NCBI GenBank assembly: GCA_963755915.1
Contig: CAVWLP010000003.1
Coordinates: 1,376,001 to 1,440,000, forward strand
DNA: 64,000 nucleotides
Source: an uncultured Phycisphaerales bacterium
GTDB taxonomy: Bacteria > Planctomycetota > Phycisphaerae > Tepidisphaerales > Tepidisphaeraceae
Reading direction: 5' to 3'
Shown: in pieces, positions 20,075 to 30,119 of the stretch
Position numbering within the stretch: the first letter of the stretch is position 1
Layout of the letters: each line of letters begins with the position of its first letter
Notes under the pieces: generated by a model
What the model was told of the DNA's origin: nothing
Database searches by the model: none
The model's input: the letters and a program-made list of their open reading frames with translations, nothing else
Position numbers and translations under genes: made by a program

Positions 20075-20114
20075 TAAACGGGGGGAGGGGATTTTGGAGA
20101 TTCGGGTGGGCGAT

Positions 20115-20810
20115 TCAGGCGCCTACGGCGGCTAATTCTTTTTCGCGGCGAGAGGATTTGTCGGTGGGGGATTTTTCGGTGAGTCCCAGGTTCTGGCGGA
20201 TGGAGGATTGGACGTCGGGGGGAGTCTGGGCGCCGTCGACGCGGACGATTAGTTCCTTTCGGCTGAATAGATCGAGAATGGGCTGGGTTTTGGCGTGGTA
20301 GTCGGCGAGTCGGGCGGCGACGGCTTCTTTGGTGTCGTCGGTGCGGGCGACGAGCTTGCTGCCGCAGACGTCGCAGATGTCTTCCTTCGCGGGGCGGTGG
20401 AAAATCAGGTTGTAGTCGAGGCCGCACTTGGAGCAGAGGCGGCGGTTCATCACGCGTTTGAGGACGGTGTCGTCGCTGACGTCGATCTGGATGACGGCGT
20501 CGATGTCGTAGCTTTCGAGGAAGAATTCGGCCTGGCGGCGATTGCGGGGGAAGCCGTCGAGGATGAAGCCGAAGTTCCAGTCGTGCTGGTCGAGGCGGCC
20601 GCGGACGATTTCCTCGACGATGTCGTCGGGAACGAGCCCCCCTTCCGCGGTGACGCGGGCGATGCGGGCGGCAAGCTTGGTGTGGCTCTGGATGTGCCAG
20701 CGGAAGATGTCGCCGACGCTGATGTGGACTAGGTTGAAATCCTTGGCCAGCAGCTTGGCCTGGGTTCCTTTTCCGCAGCCCTGGATTCCCATGATGACGT
20801 ATTTGAACAT
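20115..20810 (-). CDS. adk: Adenylate kinase (nucleoside monophosphate kinase)
   Basis: GIQGCGKGTQ, HISVGDIFR, GFILDGFPR, Zn-lid CSKC...CDVC, RTDD. Confidence 0.88.
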   Translation of the reverse strand: MFKYVIMGIQGCGKGTQAKLLAKDFNLVHISVGDIFRWHIQSHTKLAARIARVTAEGGLVPDDIVEEIVRGRLDQHDWNFGFILDGFPRNRRQAEFFLESYDIDAVIQIDVSDDTVLKRVMNRRLCSKCGLDYNLIFHRPAKEDICDVCGSKLVARTDDTKEAVAARLADYHAKTQPILDLFSRKELIVRVDGAQTPPDVQSSIRQNLGLTEKSPTDKSSRREKELAAVGA

Positions 20811-20881
20811 TGAAACTCCACGAGAGGTGATGCGGGCGATCGCCGTTAAATTCTTCGGCCGATCCCCGCGCTGCCGCAAGG

Positions 20882-21844
20882 CTAAAAGAGTTCGGGAACG
20901 AAATTCTGATCTTCCATGGGGGGGCGAATGTAGTCGGTGGCCGGCGGGCGCGGGGGCAATTCCACCGGCTTGGGCGTGAGATCTTTGTAGGGGATCAGGC
21001 TGAGAAGATGGCGGATGCAGTTGAGCCGCGCGCACTTTTTGTTATCGGCCTTCACGACGCGCCAGGGGGCGGCCTTGATGTCGGTGTGGGAGAACATGGC
21101 GTCCTTGGCCTTGGAAAATTCCTCCCACTGGGAGCGTGACTGGAGGTCCATGGGACTGAGCTTCCAGCGGCGGGTGGGGTCGTTGAGGCGGGACTGGAAC
21201 CGGCGTTCCTGCTCGGCGTCGCTGACGCTGAACCAGTATTTGACGAGCATGATTCCGGAACGGACGAGCATCTGCTCGAATTCCGGGCAGGTTCGGAGGA
21301 ACTCGAGGTATTCGTGGTCGGTGCAGAAACCCATGACGTGCTCGACGCCGGCGCGGTTGTACCAGCTTCGGTCGAAGAGGACCATTTCACCGGCGGCGGG
21401 TAGATGGGGGACGTAGCGCTGGAAATACCAGCAGGTTTTTTCGCGTTCGGTGGGTGTGCCGAGGGCGACGACGCGGCAGATGCGGGGATTGAGGGTTTCG
21501 GTGATGCGCTTGATGACGCCCCCTTTTCCGGCGGCGTCGCGGCCCTCAAAGATGATGACGACCTTCAGTTTTTCCTGCTTGATCCATTCCTGGAGCTTCA
21601 CCAGCTCGATCTGGAGGCGGGCGAGCTCGCGCTCATAGTGCTTGTTTCTGATCTTGTGCCTAGCGGCGCGGAGGTCGCCGTGGTGAATGGGGGAGAGGAT
21701 TTTAAGGCCGCTGGGGTGGGCGACGACACCGGCTTCGTGATGGGGGTCGTGGGAGTGACCGTTGCCGTTGCCGTTGGATTGGATGTCACGGGAGATGTCT
21801 TCGAATCGTTCGGCGTGTTTCTGTTTCTTTTTCTTGAGTTTCAT
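20882..21844 (-). CDS. ppk2: Polyphosphate kinase 2
   Basis: FEGRDAAGKGG, WYFQRY, FDRSWYNRAGVE, WKLSPMD. Confidence 0.95.
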   Translation of the reverse strand: MKLKKKKQKHAERFEDISRDIQSNGNGNGHSHDPHHEAGVVAHPSGLKILSPIHHGDLRAARHKIRNKHYERELARLQIELVKLQEWIKQEKLKVVIIFEGRDAAGKGGVIKRITETLNPRICRVVALGTPTEREKTCWYFQRYVPHLPAAGEMVLFDRSWYNRAGVEHVMGFCTDHEYLEFLRTCPEFEQMLVRSGIMLVKYWFSVSDAEQERRFQSRLNDPTRRWKLSPMDLQSRSQWEEFSKAKDAMFSHTDIKAAPWRVVKADNKKCARLNCIRHLLSLIPYKDLTPKPVELPPRPPATDYIRPPMEDQNFVPELF

Positions 21845-22177
21845 TTGAGCCACCTTTTTTGATGAGCGCGGCGCCCCCGGAGGGACGGCGATGGTTGAAT
21901 GGTCGAGATCAGATGTCCGCGAATAACAAAAAGCGAGGATGAGATGATCGCGGTTTGGGAGGAGAGCGGTTTTCTTTCGAGGTTCCAGACTGAGCGGGGC
22001 TATATATAGCCAATCGGGCAATTACAAACCAAGAAAAAATCATCAATCTGACACAAAATTTTTACGTGGGGAAAATATTGAGCGGCATGGATGCGGGCCA
22101 CGGATCGGATCGAGGAGGTGAGTGGGTGCCGTCAAATGGATTCGGCGATATGATTTCGCGGAATTGACGAAGGCCGC

Positions 22178-23692
22178 ATGTCGCTGAGGCATTGGATTGC
22201 TCTGGTCCTGATATTGATCGTCGGGGGGATTTTTCGTTTTGTGGGGATCTCGCAGCCGAGCCTTTGGATGGACGAGATCTGGTCGATCGAGATGGCGATG
22301 GGGCGTGGGTCGGTGCATGACAATCTGCCGATGAATGTGATTCGGACGGATCAGCCGGATTTCACGTCGGAGGCGCAGGCGGGGCCGTGGTGGGGCATTC
22401 TTACGCATATGGGCGGGGTGACGCATCCGCCGCTTTATTTCGTGGTTCTGCGGTGGTGGATCGACCTGGCGGGGACGCGCGGCCTGGCGGTTCGGGGTCT
22501 TTCGGCGATTTTCTCGCTGGGGGAAATTCTATTTCTTTTTGACGTCTGCCGGTTGGTGCACGGCCCACGGATTGGGCTTTTGGCGGCGGCGGTTTGCGCT
22601 GTTGCGGTGGGGCAGATTGAGTTTGCGCAGGAGGCGCGGGCGTATCCGATGCTGATGTTCTTTGCGCTGGGGGCGGCGGATGCGATGGTTCGAATCGAAC
22701 GGGCCGGGCCTTCACGTGGGCGAATGATGGGTCTGGCGGTGTTTGCGACGGCGACAGCACTCACCCACTACCTGTCGGCCGGTTTTTTGCTTGTGCTGCC
22801 GGTGTATGCGTTTGTTCGGCTGCGTGGAAAGGGGAGGGTGGAGGCGATTGCGGCACTGGTCGTTGCGGGGGCACTATCGCTGGCGGTTTGGGTGCCGCTG
22901 TTTGTTTTGCAGAAGCATACGCTTCCGTCGCTGACGCCGACGTTTCTTGCGGAGCAGAATGTCGAGCACCATGTTACGTACACGCTGTTTCGCATCGTTG
23001 GACTTCCAGCTCAATTCTTATTTGGCGAAGCCCGTTCGCGCGAGATGGCGCCATGGCTGGTGATGGTGATATTTGGGATCACGATTGTTCTCCCGCCGGC
23101 ACGGCTGGCCTGGCGGCGGGATTTGACGCTCTGGGTTTTGTGGGGCGTGGGGACGATCGGGTTGGTGGCGGGAATGGACCTTCTGCGGCAGACAACATTG
23201 CTGGCTTATTTGCGATATACGATCCTGGCAAGCCCGGCGATTTATGTGGTGATCGCAGCGTTTGACTGGCCGGGGCGAGCTGTTTTCCGCGATGGACTGG
23301 CGATCGCCACGGTCGCTCTGCTGGCGATTTGCGCGACGCAGCGGGCAGTCGACGGCGTGCCGCCGAAGGAGGACTGGCGGCGGCTGGCGAGGGACATTCA
23401 GGGGTTTGCGGCGCCGGGGGATCTGCTGATGTTCCATAATTCGGATCCGTGGATTTCATCAGGGACGTGGTACACGGGGCTGAAGTATTACCAGCCGGAG
23501 TCGAATCATCCGTGGGTGATTCTCAGCGACCATCCGAGCGCGGAATTGTTGGGGGAGCTGCGCGGGCGGCGTTGTTTGTGGCTGATTGGGAAATATCCGG
23601 ACATTGAGGGTGCGGGGCTGCTGCCGGGGTGGCGGCCGCAGATGCTTGTGGAGACGAGCGCGGGGCGGGCGTGCCGGATGGTGCCGCGATAG
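22178..23692 (+). CDS. GT-C fold membrane glycosyltransferase (family 39/ArnT-like)
   Basis: SLWMDE, HPPLYF..L..W, RGLSA, QEARAYP, THY; many TM helices; EDWR. Confidence 0.8.
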   Translation: MSLRHWIALVLILIVGGIFRFVGISQPSLWMDEIWSIEMAMGRGSVHDNLPMNVIRTDQPDFTSEAQAGPWWGILTHMGGVTHPPLYFVVLRWWIDLAGTRGLAVRGLSAIFSLGEILFLFDVCRLVHGPRIGLLAAAVCAVAVGQIEFAQEARAYPMLMFFALGAADAMVRIERAGPSRGRMMGLAVFATATALTHYLSAGFLLVLPVYAFVRLRGKGRVEAIAALVVAGALSLAVWVPLFVLQKHTLPSLTPTFLAEQNVEHHVTYTLFRIVGLPAQFLFGEARSREMAPWLVMVIFGITIVLPPARLAWRRDLTLWVLWGVGTIGLVAGMDLLRQTTLLAYLRYTILASPAIYVVIAAFDWPGRAVFRDGLAIATVALLAICATQRAVDGVPPKEDWRRLARDIQGFAAPGDLLMFHNSDPWISSGTWYTGLKYYQPESNHPWVILSDHPSAELLGELRGRRCLWLIGKYPDIEGAGLLPGWRPQMLVETSAGRACRMVPR

Positions 23693-23693
23693 G

Positions 23694-24098
23694 TCAGGTG
23701 GCCGGCGCCGGGGGCGGGGCGAGGAGTTTTTCTACGGTGGCGATGAGCTTGTCGAGCTTGACCGGCTTGGTGAAATACTCGCTGACGCCCTGGCTTTCGG
23801 CGTAGAGCTTGTGGCGGGCGCCCTGGTTGCCGGTGATCATGATGACGAAGGGCTTGGCGTTGCGGGGTTTTTTGGATTTGATTTTTTCCAGGACCATGAA
23901 GCCGCTGCGGCCGGGGAGCATCATGTCGAGGACGACGACGTCGGGCTGATTTTTTTCGGCGAGTTCGACGGCCTTGTTGCCGTTGCTGGCGGTGTCGATG
24001 AGGGCGCCGGTGGGTTCGAAGACGGCCTGCATGCTGGTGAGGATGTCGTTGTCGTCATCGACCAGCAGGATTCGTTTTCCAGTCAGGGTTTCGCTCAT
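23694..24098 (-). CDS. Single-domain response regulator
   Basis: ILLVDDD, LDMMLPGRSG, MITG, TKP. Confidence 0.92.
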   Translation of the reverse strand: MSETLTGKRILLVDDDNDILTSMQAVFEPTGALIDTASNGNKAVELAEKNQPDVVVLDMMLPGRSGFMVLEKIKSKKPRNAKPFVIMITGNQGARHKLYAESQGVSEYFTKPVKLDKLIATVEKLLAPPPAPAT

Positions 24099-24286
24099 GG
24101 GTGCCTCTCTCTCTCGTTGGCCCTCGCAATTTCTTGCGGGGCGGCCCCAGCATGGCCATGCTGGGGCTTTATGGGGGGACTGCCGCAGGCGTTACTGATT
24201 TTGTGTGCGGCAGATAGCCAATTTCGGTTACGCGTGGAAAATGTCAAGGGGAATCCATGTGAGGTCCGATAAATGTTGGATCGAAC

Positions 24287-25189
24287 ATGGAAAAAAGTGA
24301 TCCGATTGCCGTCCTGGACAGCGGACTGGGGGGCCTGACGGTTGTCAACGCCCTGCGCCGTACGCTGCCGGCTGAAGATATCCTTTATTTTGGGGACACG
24401 GCGCACCTTCCATACGGGGACAAATCACCGGCGGCTGTCAGTAGATACGTACGGGAGATCGTGCGGTTCTTTTTGCCGATGCGTCCGAAACATTTGGTGA
24501 TCGCCTGTAATACGGCGACGGCGCTGGCGATGTCGACGGTGGCGGGAGAGTTTCCGGAGCTGCCGATCAGCGGGGTGATTGATCCGGGTGCGCGGGCCGC
24601 GGTGGTGGCGGCGGGAACGGAGAGGTTGCCGGCGATTGGGGTGATCGCTACGGAGGCAACCGTTCGGTCGAAGGCGTATGAGCGGGCGATATTGCGGCGG
24701 AGGAATTTGGCGCGGGTGATGCTGCGGCCGACGCCTCTGCTGGTGCCGATGATCGAGGAGGGGCGCACGGGGACCGATCCGTTGGTGGAGAGCGCGCTGC
24801 GGCAATATTTGCAGAGCATGGTGATGCGCAAGGTGAGCGTGCTCGTGCTGGGATGCACGCATTATCCGCTGCTGAAAGGGGCGATCGCGAAGGTGGTGGG
24901 GCCGCGGGTGCGATTGATTGACTCGGCGGAGCAATGTGCGCTCGACGTGGCGCGAAGGCTGCTGCGCAAGGGGCTTTTGCGGGGGTCGATGGGATCGCCG
25001 GATGAGACGACGGTGGATGGGCTCCCCCCTGCCACGACGGGAACACTGCGAAGCTTCGTGACGGATGATCCGGCGCGATTTGCGGCGCTGGCGTCGCGGT
25101 TTCTGGAGATGGAGCTTGAGCGGCCGGAGTTGGTGAACCTTGGCGCGGCCCAGGACGCTGCACCGCCGGCGCTGCGCGCGGCGGGTTGA
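24287..25189 (+). CDS. murI: Glutamate racemase
   Basis: DSGLGGLTV, GDTAHLPYG, IACNTA, LGCTHYP. Confidence 0.95.
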   Translation: MEKSDPIAVLDSGLGGLTVVNALRRTLPAEDILYFGDTAHLPYGDKSPAAVSRYVREIVRFFLPMRPKHLVIACNTATALAMSTVAGEFPELPISGVIDPGARAAVVAAGTERLPAIGVIATEATVRSKAYERAILRRRNLARVMLRPTPLLVPMIEEGRTGTDPLVESALRQYLQSMVMRKVSVLVLGCTHYPLLKGAIAKVVGPRVRLIDSAEQCALDVARRLLRKGLLRGSMGSPDETTVDGLPPATTGTLRSFVTDDPARFAALASRFLEMELERPELVNLGAAQDAAPPALRAAG

Positions 25190-25210
25190 AAATGGAAGTC
25201 TCGGGGGGCT

Positions 25211-26076
25211 CGTGTTATCGTTCGGCTTCGATGAACGGCTTCGATTGCAACGCATTTTCCTGGCGTGCTTCGCGGGTTGGCGGTTTACTTTTTTATCTGC
25301 TAGCGCTTTTGCTGACGGGTTGCGGGGATTCGCTGTCTGATTCGACGATACCTGGGCCGGTGAGTCCGGGGCTTTATCAGGATGCGGCGGTGGCGAATCA
25401 GCAGCGGTTGGCGGGGGAAGACGTGCGGGTGGTGCCGCTATATAAGACGCCGCTTGAGGCGATTGGGGTCGGGTTTGACGATCTGATCGGCAAGCCGATC
25501 GCGCATTTTTTCGACTATATTACGCATGACAACGCGGCGTTCGCGGCGCGGAAGATGGCGGACCCGAACTCGCCGGACAACCAGCGGGAAGGGATGCTGC
25601 GGCTGACGGATTTTGATTTTGCGCGGAAGGGGATTTACATCCGCGGGTATGCGATTTTGGCGCGGGGCGGGAGCGATTATACGGTGCGGGCGGCGGGAAT
25701 CAGGGCGCTGAACCGGTGCCGGGCGCATGGATATACGGCGATGTTCATGGAAGCACTGGATGACGATCAGGAGACGATTCGCCTGGAGGGGGCGGATGCG
25801 CTGAGCAACATTCCCGATCCGCGGGCGATTCCGCTGCTGGTGGCGCATCTCAACGGGACCGCGCCGGAGCCGAGCGTTGACGTGAGGATCGCCTGCGCGG
25901 ATGCGCTGCGGTGTTATCACACGCACGATGCGATGGAGGCGCTGGCGGACGAATTGGGCGATCAGGAGTTTGGAGTCGCCTGGCAGGCGCGGCAAAGCCT
26001 GGAGCTGCTGACCGGGCAGGATTTCCGGTATGACCGGCAGGCGTGGCTGAACTTCATGACAGCGACGGGCATGTAA
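25211..26076 (+). CDS. HEAT-repeat lipoprotein
   Basis: LTGC lipobox; VRAAGIRAL, IRLEGADAL, VRIACADAL repeats; LTGQDFRYD..AW. Start uncertain. Confidence 0.7.
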
Positions 26077-26088
26077 CCATTTCTCGAA

Positions 26089-27065
26089 ATGCGTGCACTG
26101 GTTTTTGAGCAATCGCTGAAATTCAATCCGCGGCATGCGGAGCCGGCGGAAGCGGGTGGGGATACGCTTATTAAAGTTCGCCGGGCGGGGATTTGCGCGA
26201 CGGATCTTGAGATTGTGCGCGGGTATATGGGGTTTAGCGGGGTGCTGGGGCATGAGTTTGTGGGGGAGGTGGTTTCGTCGCCGAACAAGGAGCTGGTGGG
26301 GCAGCGGGTTGCGGGGGAGATCAATGTGGTGTGCGGGAGGTGCGATCTGTGCGTGTCGGGGCTGTCGTCGCATTGCCGGAATCGGACGGTGCTGGGGATT
26401 CTGAGACATGACGGGGCGTTTGCGGATTTTTTGCGGCTTCCGGCGGTGAATCTGCACGTGATTCCCAAGACGGTGGATGACGATCTGGCGGTTTTCATCG
26501 AGCCGCTGGCGGCGGCGTTTCAGATTCTCAAGCAGATCAAGGTGGATTCGAACGCGGATTCGGTTCGGGGCGGAAGTGGGTGACGGTTCTGGGGGATGGG
26601 AAGCTGGGGCTTCTGGTGGCGCAGGTGCTGCGGAACGCGAACTGCCCGGTGCGGGTTATCGGGAGGCATGCGGAGAAGCTGGCGCTGTGCGAGAAGTGGC
26701 AGATCCGCAGCCGGCCGCTGGCGGATATCGTGCCGCGGCACGATCAGGACATCGTGGTCGATTGCACGGGAAGCGCGGCGGGGTTTGAATTGGCGATGCA
26801 GATGGTGCGCCCGCGCGGGACGATCGTGATGAAGAGCACGGTGGCGGCGGGGAAGCCGATGAATTTGGCGCCGCTGGTGATTGATGAGCTGACGGTTATC
26901 GGCAGCCGATGCGGGCCGTTTCGGGAGGCGATCAAGGCGCTGGCGGAGAAGCAGATCGACGTGGCGAGCTTGATTCATCGGCGATTGCGGCTGGACCAGG
27001 GTCTGGAGGCGATGGACCTCGCGGGGCGGCCGGGCGTGTTGAAGGTCTTGCTGACAATGGAGTAG
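26089..27065 (+). CDS. Zinc-dependent alcohol dehydrogenase (MDR family; frameshift near 26570)
   Basis: GICATD, GHEFVG, CGRCDLC...HC, EPLAAA, GDGKLG, GSRCGPF. Confidence 0.9.
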
Positions 27066-27081
27066 AAAGAACAGGTAAGAA

Positions 27082-27738
27082 ATGCCAAAGGACTTCGCGA
27101 TTGTGCTGAACAACGGCAGTTTGAACAGCGCCGTGGTAACGGCGATGGCGTCGCAGCGATTTCGGCCGATCATGATTTTCGCGGACATGACGAGCGGCGC
27201 CAGCCGCGGGTTCGGGCGGCTTACGATCAGCAGGTGGCGCATTTCAAGCCGTACCGGGAATATTCGGTTCCGATCGCGCACGCAGGATCGGCGGCGCCGG
27301 CGAGCGGGGCGACGGCTGCGGCGACCGATCCGCGGACGGGGGCGAACATCGGGCCGCAGCTCATGGAGCTTTTGCCGGTGCTGTCGCTGGCGGTGAAGTC
27401 GGCGTCGACGCATAACGCGGGGGCGATTTACGTGGGACTTCGCGTCGGGCCGGGCACGGATGAACTGGCGCAGGCGAGCGAGTTTGTGCAGATCTGGAGC
27501 GAACTGATTCAGCTTCCGTGCGGGCTTGCGGATGTGGAATTGCAGACGCCGCTGCTGGAGCTGGAGCCCTGGCAGGTGGTGGATGTGGGGTTTAATGTTT
27601 CAGCGCCGTTTGAGCGGACGTGGAGCTGCCTGGAGCAGACGGCCGAGCCGTGCTGGTCGTGCCGGGGGTGCCGGATGCGCGAGGCGGCGTTTCAGCAGGC
27701 GGGGAAGCCGGATCCGCTGCGCGGGGAAGAAGGTTTAG
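27082..27738 (+). CDS. Divergent QueC/ExsB-like protein (frameshifts near 27200 and 27725)
   Basis: AIVLNNGSLNS at the PP-loop position, TPLLEL, TWSC-x7-CWSCRGCRMREAAF...DPL zinc site; repaired end PLRGKKV*. Confidence 0.7.
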
Positions 27739-27773
27739 CGAAGGCTGTTTTCGGGCCTAAGATTCAGTGGAGT

Positions 27774-27994
27774 ATGATTCATCGTCATCTCAATCATCAG
27801 GAGTTTACGGCGGCCGCGATTGACGACATTATCGGCGCGGAAAGCGGGCCGATTGGGAGGAATTACGCCGAGCGGTGATCGCGGACGGCTCGCTGGCGGA
27901 AGTGATCCGAAAAATTTGTGAACCGCACCTGTCAAACATGTACGCACAACGGTATCACTTTTGGAATTACTATGTCCGGGAGCGAATCGCCTGA
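27774..27994 (+). CDS. Small ~73-aa protein, putative antitoxin (hidden by a frameshift near 27835)
   Basis: GGAG-T-ATG; repaired MIHRHLNHQEFTAAAIDDIIxRGKRADWEELRRAV...[17 protein letters not shown]; overlaps the start of the next gene. Confidence 0.6.
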
Positions 27995-28676
27995 TTGGGA
28001 AGAGGTTTTGTCGTCCGCGGCGCGGTTGCAGTCGATCCTGCCAGGCGCCGTGCTGGTGGGGGGAACGGCGGCGGCGCTCTTTGCCAAGCATCGATTCTCA
28101 AGCGACGCGGATCATGTCCTTACCGATTGGAGGGCGCGGTTCGATAAGGTGCTGGGCGAGTTGGAGTCGGTGGCGGGCTGGAAGACGGCGCGATTGAATC
28201 GGCCGGTGCAGATTCTCGGCAGTCTAGATGGGATCGAGACGGGGGTGCGACAGCTTATACGCGAGCAGCCGCTGGAAACAACGACCGTCGACTTTCACGG
28301 CCAGATGCTCACGGTGCCGACGGAAGGTGAGATTCTTCGGATCAAGGCGGCGTTGATCCTGAAAAGGAATGCGACGCGCGATTACCTTGATTTTATTGCC
28401 CTGGCGACGCATCTGGGGGATCAGAAAGCCGCGGAAGCGCTGAAGGGTTTCGATCGGCTTTATCCGCAGTCGAACCAGGAATCGGCGCTTCAGCAGTTGG
28501 AGATTCAATTGGCAAATCCAGCGCCGTTCGATCTGAGCGATTTGCGGCTGAGCGAATATAAGCAGCTTGATCCGAAATGGCATAACTGGGCTGATGTGAA
28601 ATCCGCCTGCGCGCGTTTCGCCAAAGACCTCTTCGATCGAATTTCGCAAATGGACGAATCCGAAGGCGGTGCTTAG
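27972..28676 (+). CDS. AbiEii/AbiGii-like nucleotidyltransferase toxin family protein
   Basis: [15 protein letters not shown] (GG...DxD), K....KR...RDYLD. Confidence 0.75.
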   Translation: MSGSESPDWEEVLSSAARLQSILPGAVLVGGTAAALFAKHRFSSDADHVLTDWRARFDKVLGELESVAGWKTARLNRPVQILGSLDGIETGVRQLIREQPLETTTVDFHGQMLTVPTEGEILRIKAALILKRNATRDYLDFIALATHLGDQKAAEALKGFDRLYPQSNQESALQQLEIQLANPAPFDLSDLRLSEYKQLDPKWHNWADVKSACARFAKDLFDRISQMDESEGGA

Positions 28677-30104
28677 CTTGCCGGCGGCGTTTTCGGCAGA
28701 TGGACCGTGAACGTCGAGCCGTTTCCGGGGGAAGATTGGACCTCGATTCTGCCGCCGTGGTCGGAGATGATTCCGTGGCTGATGCTGAGGCCCAGGCCGG
28801 TTCCCTGGCCGAGGGGCTTGGTGGTGAAGAAGGGGTCGAAGATTCTGGAAATTGTTTCGGGGTCGATTCCAGAGCCGTTGTCGATGACCTGGATGGTGAC
28901 GCCGGCGTCGGAGGGGCGGGTGCGGATGATGACCTTGCCACCGGGGCGGCAGGCGTCGATGGCGTTGACGATGAGATTCAGCAATACCTGATTGATCCGG
29001 GCGGGGGAGCATTTCACCAACGGGAGGGTGCCGAGATCCATTTCCAGCTCGACGCCCTGCTTCTTGGCGCGGCCGGTGACGATGTTGACGGTGGGGGTGA
29101 CGCCGGCGTTGATGTCGGCCTCTTCCATCTTCTCGGCCTGCTTGTCCTGGCGGGCGAAGTCGCTCAGGTCGCGGACGATCTGCTGAATGCGGCTAAGGCC
29201 CTCGTGGGAACGGGCGATGAGGTCGGGCAGGCCGTCGAGGGTGTATTCAAGGTCGATGCGCTGAGATAGCTGGTCGATTTTCTCGGACAGCTCTTTCTGG
29301 TGCTGGACGAGGGTTGGATGGCCCGACTGGTAGAGGAGCATGAGCTGGCGGACGTTTTCGACGTCGCGGCGGAGGACGGCGAGGTTGTTGACGACGAAGG
29401 CGAGGGGATTGTTGATCTCGTGGGCGATGCCGGCGATGAGCTTTCCGAGGGCGGCGAGTTTTTCGCTGATGACGATGCGCTCGTGGGCCTCGCGCAGGGC
29501 CTGGTGGGCTTCCTGTTCGGATTGGACGGCTTTTTCGAGGCGGGCGTTGGATTCCTGGATGGCCTGGGCGCGGCGGTAGATTTCCATTTCCATGGATCCG
29601 GCGCGATTTGAGCTGCTCGGTTAATTTGTCCTGCTCGTCGCCGCGCTGGCGGAGGCGGACGAACTCGGTGACGTCCTCGACGCGGTGGATGATATATTTC
29701 AGCTTGCCGTCCTCGAAGACGGGAGAGTTGACGGGACTCCAGTAGCGGACTTCATAGGCGCCGCCCTCGCTGAGGGGCTTTTGGATGTCGTATTTCTGGA
29801 CGGCCATGGTGTCTGCAACGCGGCCGCGAATGACGCGGTGGAGTGAGGCGGCGAGGTTTCGCACGCCGGTGGCCTGCTTGTCGTTGGGGTTGTCGGGGAA
29901 GGCTGCGAAGACGCCGCGGCCGATGAGGTCCTCGCGGCGGCGCATGGTTGCCGCCAGATAGGCGTCGCTGACGGCGATGATGGTGAAATCCGCATCCGGA
30001 AGCAGGACGAGATAGAGTCCGGGGACTGATTCGAAAAGCGTCTGGTAGTTCAGCGATATTTCCGGGAGGATGGCATTAATCATTTTCGCTGCCCTCTCAA
30101 ACAA
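28673..30104 (-). CDS. PAS-domain sensor histidine kinase (frameshift near 29600)
   Basis: PAS ([32 protein letters not shown]), H-box [33 protein letters not shown]. Confidence 0.92.
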
Positions 30105-30119
30105 AATGAGCTGCCTCGA

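Noticed and set aside
27082-28676. CBASS type IV or Qat defence operon (QueC plus nucleotidyltransferase)
   Set aside because: The NTase looks AbiEii-like rather than CD-NTase; no TGT, TatD, KAP ATPase or effector; the pair seems to have its own promoter.
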